DNA from: an uncultured Verrucomicrobiae bacterium | Lineage (GTDB): Bacteria > Verrucomicrobiota > Verrucomicrobiia > Chthoniobacterales > UBA10450 | Assembly: GCA_963834385.1 (NCBI GenBank) | Contig: CAWIBO010000003.1 | Span: 320,001-384,000, forward strand | Length of the DNA stretch: 64,000 nt | Direction: 5' to 3' | Shown here: piece after piece, positions 42,401 through 54,030 of the stretch | How positions within the stretch are numbered: position 1 is the stretch's first letter | Layout of the letters: every line of letters begins with the position of its first letter | Program-made: the position numbers and the translations under genes | Notes under the pieces: generated by a model | Databases searched by the model: none | The model's input: the letters and a program-made list of their open reading frames with translations, nothing else | What the model was told of the DNA's origin: nothing

Positions 42401-43270
42401 GATACCGACAGCAATGGCGTGAATGATTACGGAATCAAGACGGGACGGACCTATAACGTTCGCAACATCGCCGCCTACGAGGGGATCGACGGAACTCGTC
42501 GGGAAGTCTGTCTTTGGGGCGGGGGCCGCAGCGGCGCGGACATTCTGACCAACGGGGTCTTTGTCTCCATGAACAAGGTTCCCACCATGTCCACCAGCAT
42601 GAATCCCGCCGATCCCGCCTGGAACCAGCGCCCCTACGAAGCGCAGTATCTCAAGGTTTTCGACGTGACCGCTCCGCCTAATGCCCCGGGCGCGCTCAAT
42701 CCGGGCAACGCCTATAGCTACACCATCGGGAGCACGCTGAACCTGACCTGGACCCCCGCCGCGCCCGACTCCGAGGGCCTGCAGCCGCGTTACAAGGTGA
42801 ACTATGTTTTCAGCGGCCAACCGGCCAACTTCTTTTATAGCAACGACCCGTCGGCGACCTTTGGCAGCGCGCCCGGCAGCACCATCCAGGTTTGGGTCCA
42901 GTCGGTGAACCCGAATGACAACAGCGTCGTCGGCGCCTCCACCGCGACCTTCCAGTTCACCTTCCTCGACGGGAACAGTGACAATGACGGGGATGGCATG
43001 AGTAACGCCCGGGAGGACGTCGCCGGCACCAATCCATTCGACCAGCAGTCGGTCTTTGCCATCGCCAGTGTCGCCCGGCCCGATCCTTCCACTTTCTCGG
43101 TTTCGTGGACGAGCGTGCCTGGGCGCCGCTATCAGGTGGAAGGCGCCACCACGCCGGGCGGCACCTACATGAGCATCGGTGGCGTCATCACGGCCGATGC
43201 CACCATGGAAACGCTGGCCTTCGCGCCCACCGGCGGACAGCAGTTCTTCCGGGTCAGGATCGTCCCGTGA
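39406..43270 (+). CDS. Secreted multidomain GH13 enzyme (~1,290 aa); frameshift at about 41735
   Basis: ATGA coupling to the previous gene; WFQPIHP, GSPYSVRNFF, DAPFNH, GLRADFG, AESLD and SHDEE; C-terminal DNDGDG...FFRVRI. Confidence 0.85.
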
Positions 43271-43332
43271 GCCGGGACGACCGGCGGGACTTGCCAAGCG
43301 TTCCCTGAGAAGGTCTGATAGATGACCCGGCG

Positions 43333-45190
43333 ATGATCATTCGTGTAACTTGTGCCGCGCTTGGCGCGGCGGCCGCCGCTCTCCTTCCAGCCTGTCGCCT
43401 CGCGGAAAACGCCGCGCCCGCGACGGAGAAGGTGCCCTGGGCCACTGAGGCGATCTTCTACCAGATCTTCCCGGAACGGTTCCGGAACGGCGATCCGGGC
43501 AACGATCCCACCCGCGACTCGCTCGAGACGCCGGTCGCGCCCGGCCCTGACTGGCGGATCTCTTCCTGGACCGCCGATTGGTACGCGCGGGACGACTGGG
43601 AGAAAATGCTTGGGCCCGATTTCTACCGGCATGGGGTTTTCGACCGGCGTTACGGCGGCGACCTCCAGGGCGTTCTCGAAAAGCTCGATTACCTGAAGGA
43701 CCTCGGGATCAACGCCATCTATTTCAATCCGCTCTTCGCCTCGCGTTCCCTGCACAAGTACGACGGCAACTCCTACCATCACATCGATCCTTACTTTGGC
43801 CCCGACCCGGCGGGAGATATCGCCCTCATGGAAAGGGAGACAGCCGATCCGAAGACGTGGCAATGGACCGCCGCCGACAAACTTTTCCTCGAGGTGATCA
43901 GGCAGGCGCACGCCCGCGGCCTTCGCGTCATCATTGATGGCGTCTGGAATCATACCGGGCGCGATTTTTTCGCCTTCCGCGATCTCCGCCGGAACCAGGA
44001 GCAATCGCCTTACCGTGATTGGTATGCGGTGGAGAGTTTCGACGACCCGGCCACGCGCCGGAACGAATTCGTTTACAAGGGCTGGTGGGGGCACGCCACG
44101 CTCCCGGTGTTCTCTGCTTCCGCGGACGGCACCGACATGCATCCCGGACCGAAAGCCTACATTTTCGAATCGACCCGGCGATGGATGCAGCCCAACGGGC
44201 GGGTGGAGGATGGTATCGACGGGTGGCGTCTGGATGTGGCGGACGAGCGGCCGGCAAAGTTCTGGGCGGACTGGAACGCGCACGTGCGCGAGCTGAACCC
44301 CGCTGCCTACACCACGGCGGAGATCTGGAAGGATGCGGCGGAGCTGGTGCGGGAGGGCGGGTTTTCCGCCTCGATGAATTACAACGCCTTCGCCATCCCG
44401 GCCAAGGGGTTCCTGATCGACCATCAGATCACGGCCTCCGAGTTTGCGCGCCTGCTCGAGGAGCGCCGGGCGGTGTTTCCGCCCGAAGTTGCGGCGGTGA
44501 TGCAAAACCTGATTGATTCGCACGATACCGACCGGATGGCCTCGATGATCGTGAACGGCGGGCGGACGCCCTACCCGGAGCCGGGCAAGATCGAGTTCAA
44601 CACGAACAACAGCCCGCGTTCCTCCGAGACCTACGATATTCGCAAGCCGAACGAGCGGGAACGGGCGGTGCAACGCCTGCTCGTCCTCTTCCAGATGATC
44701 TATCCCGGGTGCACCCATGATCTACTATGGCGACGAAGCGGGTATGTGGGGGGCGCACGATCCCGATGACCGAATGCCGATGGTCTGGGCGGACCTCGAG
44801 TTCGCCCCGCAGACGCTCGACCCGAGAGGCCGGCCGCGAACGGCGGACGAGGTAAAGTTCGACCAGGAGCTGTTCGATTATTATCGGCGCGCGATCTCGC
44901 TGCGCAGAGAACACCACGCGCTGAACCACGGCGATTACGCCACCGTGCTGGCCGATGATGCCCAGGGCTCCCTCGTGGTCCGCCGGCAATCAGAACAGGA
45001 GACCCTGTTCATCGCCCTCAATCGCTCGGAGAAGGAGTCCACTTTGGAGATCGGTCCGATTCCCGGTCGTTTGCAGGTCCTGTTTACCAGCGACAATCCC
45101 ACCGGGGTGCGCGTCGAGCAGATGGAGAAGGGGAGCCGCCTGGTTCTTCCGCCGCTCACCGGGGTGGTCCTGTCGTCCACCAGCGAATGA
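43333..45190 (+). CDS. GH13 cyclomaltodextrinase/neopullulanase-like lipoprotein; frameshift at about 44712
   Basis: Lipobox-like LPAC; YQIFPERF, GGDLQG, HKYD, DGVWNH, GWRLDVA, AEIW, SHD and IYYGDE. Confidence 0.9.
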
Positions 45191-46433
45191 AGGTTCCCGC
45201 GCCAGAGGATTGTTTCTGTGGGTCTGTGGCGGGCTGGCCCTTTGTTTTCTTGGGGCCTGCGGACGGCCGGCGGAGACACGGCCGGTTATTCGCATCTGGC
45301 ACCAGAAGATCAGCGCCGAGCGGGATCTGTTCCACGAGGCGATCGCGCGCTACAACGCGGCGAACCCCGACCGGGTGGTGGAGGCTCTTTACAAGGAGAA
45401 CGAGGAACTGCGCAACCTCTTCGTCATCGCCGGGGTGGCCGGGCAGGGCCCCGAGTTGATTTACGGACCCTCGGATAACATTGGCGTCATGGTGACGACG
45501 CGCACCATCCGTCCGCTGGACGATCTCCTCCCGGCCGATTTTTTTGCACGCTTTGTCCCGCAGGGGGTGGTGAGCTGGGAGGGCCGTCGCTGGCTGGCCG
45601 CGGATCAGATCGGCAACCATCTTACCCTGGTCTACAACCGGGAAATGGTGCCGCGCCCGCCGGCCACTCTGGAGGAGTTGATTGAGATTGGGAAGAAGCT
45701 GACGCGCGACCGCAACGGCGACGGGAAGATGGACGAGTATGGGCTCACCTGGAACTACCGGGAGCCGTTCTTCTTCATTCCTTTCCTGACCGGCTTCGGG
45801 GGATGGGTCATGGATGAGAAAGGGAACCCAACGCTCGACAATGAACAGACGGTGCGAGCGATCCAGTTCGTGCTCGACCTTCGCGACAAGCACGGGATCA
45901 TCCCGAAGGAAGGGGATTACGACATCGCCGACATGCTCTTCAAGGAAAAGCGGACCGCCATGATCATCAACGGAACGTGGTCGTGGGGCGGATACGATGT
46001 GCCCCGGACCAGCATGGTGGCGCCCCTGCCGTTCAACACGGAAACGCAGCTCTGGTGCGAGCCGATGATCTCGCCCAAGGGATACTCGGTGAACGCAAAT
46101 GTGCCGGAGGCGAAGCTGCCCCTGGTGGCGGACGTAATTCGTTACCTGACCAGCGCGGAGTTGCAGGAAGAGATGGCGCGCCGGCTTTCCACCACGCCGG
46201 TGGACAAGAGCGTTCTGGCCTCGCCGGTCATGCGTGAGAACCCGGCCCTGGCCGCCTCCATGGAGCAAATCCAGCACGGCCGTCCGATGCCGATCATGCC
46301 GCAGATGCGCGCGATCTGGGAGGGAATGCGCGGTCCATACCAACTGGTCATGAACGGCTCCATCTCGGCGCGCGAGGCGGCGCGGCGCATGCAGCAGGAA
46401 GCGGAGAAGAACATCGCCGACAGCAATCTCTAG
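45187..46433 (+). CDS. Maltose/maltodextrin ABC substrate-binding lipoprotein (MalE-like); frameshift just after the start
   Basis: Lipobox LGAC; IRIWH, GQGPEL, LVYNRE, AMIINGTW and PMPIMPQMRAIW. Confidence 0.85.
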
Positions 46434-46435
46434 CC

Positions 46436-47326
46436 GTGTCCGACCGCACCAAGCTTCGCTTTTTTATCTCGCTCATGCTGACGCCGGCGGCGCTCGTCAT
46501 CATCGCGGTGGTGGCGTTCCCGTTCCTCTTCAACGTCATCCTCTCCTTCTCGAACGCGAACATCTACCATGTGCGCGACTGGCGGCTGATCGGCTTCGAC
46601 CAGTATGTGTCGGTGTTCCGCCAGGGCCTTTTTTGGAGCATTCTCCTGAAGACCGTCGTCTGGACGCTGGTAAACATCGTCTTTCACGTCGGGATCGGCG
46701 TTTTTCTCGCGGTCATCCTTCACCAGCGGTTCATCCGGGCCAAACCCATCTGGCGGGTGCTTCTCATCCTTCCCTGGGCGCTTCCGCAATACATCACCGC
46801 GCTCACCTGGCGCGGGATGTTCAATTACGAATACGGCGCGGTGAATCTTCTCATCACGAAGTATCTGCAGATGCCGGCGGTGGAATGGCTCACCTCGCCT
46901 TTCGAGGCTTTTCTGGCCGTGATCATCACCAACATCTGGCTCGGCTTTCCGTTCATGATGGTGATCGCCCTCGGCGGATTGCAGTCGATCCCGGAGGATC
47001 TCTACGAGGCGGCCGACGTCGATGGCGCCTCCAAGTGGTTCCAGTTCTGGAACATCACCGCGCCCCTGCTCCGGCCGGTCATGATCCCCGCCATCACCCT
47101 TGGTGTCATCTGGACCTTCAACAACATCAACGTGGTCTGGCTTGTCTCGAACATGGGCGAGCCGGCCGATTCGACCCATATTCTTGTCTCCTACGTCTAC
47201 AAGGCGGCGTTTAACATGTATCGCTTCGGCTGGGCTGCTGCGCTCTCCGTGGTCATTTTCGCCATTCTCTTCACCTTCTCGCAGGTCTTCCTGCGGAAAA
47301 CGCGGGCGGCGGAGGCGGTTTACTAA
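46436..47326 (+). CDS. Sugar ABC permease (MalF-like)
   Basis: LILPWALP, WLGFPFMM, EAA motif LYEAADVDGA and FNNINV. Confidence 0.9.
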   Translation: MSDRTKLRFFISLMLTPAALVIIAVVAFPFLFNVILSFSNANIYHVRDWRLIGFDQYVSVFRQGLFWSILLKTVVWTLVNIVFHVGIGVFLAVILHQRFIRAKPIWRVLLILPWALPQYITALTWRGMFNYEYGAVNLLITKYLQMPAVEWLTSPFEAFLAVIITNIWLGFPFMMVIALGGLQSIPEDLYEAADVDGASKWFQFWNITAPLLRPVMIPAITLGVIWTFNNINVVWLVSNMGEPADSTHILVSYVYKAAFNMYRFGWAAALSVVIFAILFTFSQVFLRKTRAAEAVY

Positions 47327-49704
47327 GGGCTGGCCTTGTCGCCGGCTTTCTCCGCGCGGACGTAAAAGGCCGCGCTCCGGGCCGGAAGCTTCAGCTCGGT
47401 CCGGCCGTTGGTCACCCGGAGGCTCCCCGGACCAAGAAGGTTGACGTATTCGCCGTCGGCGAGTTCGGGCGCAACTTCAAGGCCTTCTGCAGCGGGCTGG
47501 CGGAGCGATTGAAAGCGCAAAGAAGACGGTCATCCAGCCAGGCGCGCACGAAAACGAGTTCGTCCGCCCCGGCCAGGAGAGTGCGCCGGCTGCCGTAGCG
47601 CAAGGCCGGATGGGCCGCCCGGGCCTTCGCCGCCTTGCGAAAATGTTCCAGGACCTCGCGCTCGGTCGCGGTGACCTCCTCCCCAAAGCGCATGGGACGA
47701 CGATTATCGGGATCGCCCGCGCCGGTCATCCCGAATTCGTCGCCGTAATAGATCATGGGCGCGCCGTCGATCGAAAGGAGGAACGCCTGGGCCAGCTTGA
47801 GCCGGTCGTAGCGCGCCGGATCGTCCACGGTCGGAGGAGAATGCCAACCCACTTCTTCCTCCTTCACTCCCTCGACCGGCAGGTCGCCGTCGGCGTAGGC
47901 CATGAAACGCCCCTTGTCGTGGTTGCCGACCAGCGGCGACATCAACGCCTGCTTGCCATATTGCCGTTCCGAGGAGGTCAGGCTTTCCTCGAGCTGGGAG
48001 AGAGTGCTCCGGTTTTCCGCCAGCGTTTCCCGGATCGAATCATAGAGCGGGAAATCGAACTGGCCGTCGAGCATGTTTGGTCCGACGAAGGATGCGATTC
48101 CTGCCCGGCCGAGGAAAGTTTCGCCCACGAGATAAAAATCCGGTTTCGCCTTTAGGCGGGACCGGAGCGCTTCCCGGAACTTCCACCAGAACTCGTGGGG
48201 GATGTGCTTTACCGCATCGAGGCGGAAGCCATCGAGGTCGTACTGCACCGCCCACCAGATGGCGTTGTCGATCAAAGCCTGCACGGCCGGGTCACGCTCG
48301 AAATCAAAGGTGGGCAGGTACAGGCTCAAACCAGGTGGTGAACTGGTGTTTATCCCAGAGCCGGAGATTCTTGGTGCCGTCGGGCAGCTCGAGCTGGCCG
48401 AACCAGTCGCGATGCTTCTGCCACCAGGGATGCTCGATGTGCACATGATGGAGGACGAGGTCGGCGATGATCTTCATCCCCTCCTGATGCGCCGTTTGCA
48501 CAAGGGAACGGAGGGCGGCCTCGTCCCCGAAATGGGGCTCGACCCGCGTGGGCGAAACCGGCCAATAGCCATGATATCCCGTATACCAGCGGTGGGGCTC
48601 GGGATATTCCTGGTAGGCTTTGTCCGGGTTCTGGTTCAAAGGGGCAATCCAAAGGGTATTGATGCCGAGCTCACGGAAGTAGCCTTCCCGGATCTTCTGC
48701 TCGATTCCTTTCCAGTCGCCCCCATGAAAGTTGGCCGGCGGCTTCACTTCCGGATGTTGGACGGGAGCGTTGTTCTCCTGATTCCCGTCGTGGAAGCGGT
48801 CCGTCAGCGCATAGTAGATGATCGCGTCCTGCCAGCGAAACACCGAAGGGGCCAGGGGGACCCGCACGACATTGGTGATGCCGCCTTCGCGGTCGATTGC
48901 GATCGCCCGAACCCAGCTCCCGGCGGGAAGACTGGGAAGATTCACCGTCAGGATGCGTTTATCAATTTTGGCTGGAAGGGGACGGGCGGAGCCGTCGGGC
49001 AACTCCGCCACGACGGAAGCGGCCTTGAGGTCGCCTTCTGAGGAGCAGCGCAAGCGGATCTGCTTGGAAGAGAAGGCTTCGGCAAAGATGGCGCCGGGAC
49101 GCTCCACCGCCGCGACGTCGGCAATGGAATTCGTTCCTTCGTAGCCGTCCGGCTCGCGGCGCGGATTCGCCGGGTCCGGCTGCCAGGCGCCGTCGACCAC
49201 GAACTTGTAACGGTGACTTCCTGGCGGCAGGGGCAGCGCGAGAAAGAAAGAACCGTCGTCGCGCCGATTTAACGGGTGGGATTCCCGGTTCCAGGCGTTG
49301 AAAGAGCCTGCCACGGTGACCGACTGCACGGTTTTCGGCGCGCGATAGACAAACTCATGTCGGGCCGGTTGCCGCACCGCCACCGTGATCACACTGCGCA
49401 AAGACTTGGCGCCATGCCCGACGGTTATCGGAAGATCAATCAGGCCGGCGGCGTCGTGGGCCACGGTCAGGCGCAGCCTGCCCTGCGCCCGGTCGAGTGC
49501 CGACTGCAATTGCGGATGCTCGCCAACCTCGATGCGCGAATCCGGCAGCGGCTGATGGAAGCGGCGGAGATCGAGGAGGACGCTTCCGCCCGGCTCGACG
49601 AATTGCACCGGGATCGGGCCGAGGAAAAGCGACGGCGGCGCGGCGCAGACCGCGGCGGTCAGCGCAAGAAAGAGAAGGGGAAATCTAAGGCTGAACGGTT
49701 TCAA
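47323..49704 (-). CDS. Secreted GH13 alpha-amylase with a CBM48-like module; frameshifts at about 48320 and 47495
   Basis: VAGSFNAWN...YKFVVDG.W..DP; TDRFHDG, GYHGYW, GFRLDAVKH, GET and NHD; TTG49704 start inferred. Confidence 0.85.
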
Positions 49705-52226
49705 TCTCGAAAAAGAAGGGCGTGAGCGGGGCCAGGGGTGGGAGACCAAGGGTAATGGGCTGGTCGCCCGCAGAAAGAGGAGCCTTGATCTCGATGTTTC
49801 CAGCCAGCTTTTCCCGCAGGACGAGCCTGCCCGGAGCCGCCGGCCAGCGCGAGAAAGCGCAGCGCCTCGGCCGGCAAAAGAAGAGAGACATCACTCATCT
49901 CGCGGCGGGGATGAAGATTGATCACGCCCAGGAAGCGCTGGTTGGTCGCGGGATCGTGCCGGAGAAAGGCGTAGAGCCAATGTCCGCCCGCTGTCTCACC
50001 CGGGCCGCGGCCAAACTGCGGGTTCTCGTTGTTGGCCGCGTTCAGCGGGAAGAAATCGCCGTCGCGGAAGGCCGGTTCGTTCATCAGCCGGAGAAGGCGC
50101 CCGTAAAAGTCGCGCAGCTCGCGCTGATCATCGAGCATACCGCCGCCGTCGTATTTGCCCCCGTTGACCCAGTTCAGGAAGGCCGGCATCGACCAGTAAT
50201 CAAAGATCGAGGTGCGGGCATCGTCGCCGCCGAACCCTTCCGCGCCATCGGCCGGTTCGCCGACCTCCTGGCCGTGATAAAGCATGATCGGCCCCCGCCC
50301 GATGCCGTAGAGGAGGGCGGAGACCGGGCGACCCACCTCCGGGCCGATTTTGCCCCATTGGTCTTTTGCGGCCAGGCGCACCTCGTCGTGGTTTTCGGCG
50401 TAACGCAGGGAATTTTCGAAGATGAACGGGTTGCTGCGCGCGGCTTCGACGTCGTTGGCCCAGCCTGATCCATCGTAGATGTTCTTGACCGCCTTGTAGG
50501 AAGGATCGTCGTAAACCGCATCAAAGCCGGCGTTGAGAAGGTCAAACATCACATTGGATTTGCCCCCATTCAGACCCGAGATGACCGGGTCGCTTCCCGG
50601 GACCTTGGCCGGGTCGTTATCGTAGGCTTCGGCCACGAAAAAAACGTCCGGGTTGCGTCGGCGCGCCTTCCCGATGGCCCAGGTCCAGAATTCCGGGGGC
50701 ACCATGTGCGCCATGTCGCACCGGAAACCGTCGACCCCGAGCGCCTGCCAGTGCGCCAGGACAGCATCCATTTTCAGCCAGGTATCGGGCACGGGTTTGT
50801 CGGGCGTGAGCGCGTTTGGATATTCGCGGACCGATTTGCCGGAAGCGGTGAAATCGAATCCGTAGTTCAACTTGATCGTCTCATACCAGTCGCCCAGCGC
50901 CGGTTGCCAGCTGACGACATTGTTGCCAGTGACACGCCCAAACTCCTTCTCCGTCGGAAACAAGCCGTCACAGGCGTCGCCCAGGGCGAGGCAGGTGGGA
51001 CTGACCGCCTGGCCCTCCTTGACCGTGGGGAGCCGGAGAGGCGGACCTTCCGGGCCGGGCTTGAGATAAAAGAAATTGTTCAGCGGATCGAAGAATACAT
51101 CCTTCCGGTCGCCCGAGCCGCCATGTGATTGCCTGCCGAAATCGAACTCCGGTTTCACACTCGAGGCGTAGCTGCGGGCGACATGGTTGGGGACAAAATC
51201 GATCAGCGCCTTCATTTGCCGGGCGTGAATGCGTTGCAACAGCGCCTTGAACTCATCCAGTCGCTTTGCGGGATCGCGCGCATAATCTGGACTGACGTCA
51301 AAGTAATCCCGGATGGCATAGGGACTTCCCGCAATCCCCTTGAGCAGGTCGACATCATCCGCCGGTTCGCCCACGGCGGCGTAGTCCGTTCCGGTCGCCT
51401 GCTGGAGCACGCCGGTCAGCCAGAGATGGGTGAAACCCATTTCGCGCAGGGAAGTGAGCGCGGCTTCATTAAGGTCGGCGAATCGGCCGGAACCGTTCTC
51501 AGCCAGGGTGCCGTTCTGTTTCCGCGTCGTCTTGGTGTTACCGAAGAGGCGAACAAGGAGCTGGTAGATCCGGACACGCTCGCCGCCGGCACCCAGCCGG
51601 CTGCGGGGAGCGGAGACCACCTGCTTCGGCTTGGTCAGATCAAGCTCGTGATAATGCGCGATGAACTGGTCGCCCGCGCCGCCGCGCGCAGAGGGATCGC
51701 TGGCGCCATAGAGCCGGCCCCATTCGCCGCCGGAAAAATCCTTCGAGTAAACGACCAGCCGGATCTTCCCGGGCTTGCCGAGGTCGTCCAGGGCGAAGCT
51801 GATCTTCAGCTCCGTATCTTCCCAGAGAATCGGCAGCTCCTCCGAGGTGTCGATGCGGTCGCTCCATTTTTGTTTCTCCCAGACGCGCTTCCAGTCCTCG
51901 GACTTCTCCTTGCCGCTGCGCAGGACAAAAAGATGATCAGCGCGGAAGGGAAGAAAGACGGTGGATCCCTCCTCTCCGGGTGCGAAGGGAAGAACGGCGG
52001 AACCTCCCTCCGGGGTGGTCTGCAGGGCGATAAACACGGTGCGATCGGAGCCGGGCGCGGTCGTTCCCTGCGCGCGATAGTGCAGGGTGAGTTCGTTGCC
52101 TTCCCTGGTGACGAGGATGCGGGCGCCATCGGCCCCGACAAGAGTCGTTCCCTTCTCCTCGGCGCCTGCGAGCGGTAGAGCGGAAAACAAAAGACAAATG
52201 GCGGCCAGGAGCGGGCGAAGAGGCAT
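49685..52226 (-). CDS. Secreted GH13 enzyme (resembles GH13_38 alpha-glucosidases) with an extra N-terminal domain; frameshift at about 49850
   Basis: Signal peptide MPLRPLLAAICLL; IYQLLVRLFGN, GSPYAIRDY, DFVPNH, GFRCDMAH, AEAY and ENHDE. Confidence 0.85.
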
Positions 52227-52240
52227 CACGCGTGGCTGCT

Positions 52241-53605
52241 TCAAGCAATCGGGCTCTCGGGCGAGGTGGCGGTCGGCAGCATCCCTTCCTCTTCGGCCGC
52301 CTTCTGCAGGGGTTGCTGGGCGAGCGGCTTGTCGCGAATGAAGAGGGTAAGGAAGGCGGCCACGAGCAGGCAACAGCCGCCGAGGACCACGGCGGTCAGC
52401 CGGTTGACGGCGGGGAAATGTTCCATGACCCGGCTGATGACGATGGCGACGATGATCTGGGGAATGACGATGAAGAAATTGAAGATGCCCATGTAAACCC
52501 CCATGCGATCGGGCGGGAGCGCGCTCGAAAGCATGGCGTAAGGCATGGAAAGGATGGAGGCCCAGGCAATGCCGACGCCGACAAAGGCGGTCAGCAGCAT
52601 CCAGGGCTCGCGCAGGATGCCGACGCTGGCGAGGCCGAGTCCGCCGAGCAGAAGGGAGAAGAAATGAATCCACTTTGCGCTGGCGTGGCGGCCGAGCCAG
52701 AGGAAGACCATCGCGGCGATGAAAGCGACGAAGTTATACTGGGCGAAACAATCGCGCGCGAGGTTAAGGCCCTGCTCGTAGAGAGGCGAACCGGGGTCTG
52801 TCGCGCCCATGATGTTGCGGGCGACGGCCACGGTGAAAAAGATCCACATGCAAAAGAGGCCCATCCAGGTGAAAAACTGGACGGCGGCGAGTTGCTTCAT
52901 GCGGGCGGGCATTTCGCGGAACGCGACCCAGATTTCGCCGAACCCCTCGGCTTGTTTTGCGTTTGAGCGCTTCCATGTCCTCGGGCGGATATTCGCGGGT
53001 GCGTGAAGACCGTCCAGAGCACCGCCACGAGGAAGACGACCGCGCCGACGGTGAAGGCAATGACCACGGTCTCGGGGATGCGCTGCGCGGCGCTGGTCTG
53101 GATGCTGACGCCGGAATCCTGCAGCCAGCCGGGCAGCTTGGAGGCGATGACCGCGCCGGCGCCGATGAAGACCGACTGCATGGCGTAGCCGACGGTGCGT
53201 TGTTCCTCCGGGAGAAGGTCGGCCACGAAGGCGCGGAATGGTTCCATGCTGACATTGACCGAGGCGTCGAGAATCCAGAGCAGGCCGGCGGCCATCCAGA
53301 GGACGCCGCTGTGCGGCATGGCGAGCAGTGCGAGCGAGGAAAGGATGGCGCCGACGAGAAAGTAAGGACGGCGGCGGCCCAGCGCGTCCCCAGGTGCGGT
53401 CGCTCATATGGCCGACGATCGGTTGCACGATCAGGCCGGTGAGCGGCGCGGCCAGCCAGAGGAGCGGGAGCTGGCTTTCGTTGGCGCCGAGGTATTCGTA
53501 GATGGCGGACATGTTCCCCATCTGGAGGCCCCAGCCGAACTGGATGCCGAAGAACCCGAAGCTCATGTTCCAGATCTGCCAGAAGGAAAGCCGGGGGCGA
53601 TTCAT
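52241..53605 (-). CDS. MFS maltose/sucrose-type sugar transporter (frameshifted)
   Basis: WQIWNMSFGFFGIQFG, LAAPLTGLIVQP, MEPFRAFVAD, AWASILSMPY and GVYMGIFNFFIVIPQI. Confidence 0.9.
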   Translation of the reverse strand: MNRPRLSFWQIWNMSFGFFGIQFGWGLQMGNMSAIYEYLGANESQLPLLWLAAPLTGLIVQPIVGHMSDRTWGRAGPPPSLLSRRRHPFLARTARHAAQRRPLDGRRPALDSRRLGQCQHGTIPRLRGRPSPGGTTHRRLRHAVGLHRRRRGHRLQAARLAAGFRRQHPDQRRAAHPRDRGHCLHRRRGRLPRGGALDGLHAPANIRPRTWKRSNAKQAEGFGEIWVAFREMPARMKQLAAVQFFTWMGLFCMWIFFTVAVARNIMGATDPGSPLYEQGLNLARDCFAQYNFVAFIAAMVFLWLGRHASAKWIHFFSLLLGGLGLASVGILREPWMLLTAFVGVGIAWASILSMPYAMLSSALPPDRMGVYMGIFNFFIVIPQIIVAIVISRVMEHFPAVNRLTAVVLGGCCLLVAAFLTLFIRDKPLAQQPLQKAAEEEGMLPTATSPESPIA

Positions 53606-53684
53606 GCGCGCAGAAGGATGGTTTTAAGTGGCCGCCGGTGACAAGGTTAAAGTCTGCGAAATTAAACGGAGGAACGCTGTCAGA

Positions 53685-54030
53685 CGCTGTAGCGGCGCTG
53701 TCCTCAGCGCATCCCGGTGTCGGAGGCGTGCACCCAGGCTCGACAGAGTCTCGCCCTACCGGGGGGCGTGGGAAGCGTGAATGGTGAATGGTGGATGGTG
53801 AATCGTGAATCGTGTGTGGGGCTGGCCTTCTTCGGTAGGGCGACGCTCCGCGGAGCCTGGGAGCACGCGCCGCCAGCGCACCGGCCAAACGGAGGGACGA
53901 GCTTCCGCTCGTCCATGGACCTGCGGAAGCAGGTCCCTCCGTAAGAGAAAATCAGCCTGTCTCCGTGCCCTCTGTGATCTCTGTGGTGAGTCTGCACCCA
54001 GGCTCGACGGAGTCTCGCCCTACCGGGGGG
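53685..54030. repeat. Stack of several REP-like and short-tandem repeat families
   Basis: GGCTCGACRGAGTCTCGCCCTACC twice plus an inverted partner; GTGAATS heptamers; GGAGGGAC...GTCCCTCC palindrome; CTCTGTG motif. Confidence 0.85.

Noticed and set aside
49701..52673. 990-aa ORF as given in the track
   Set aside because: The first ~150 residues overlap the MFS gene in another frame; a signal peptide starts at 52226 and the true end is in the 49685 frame.
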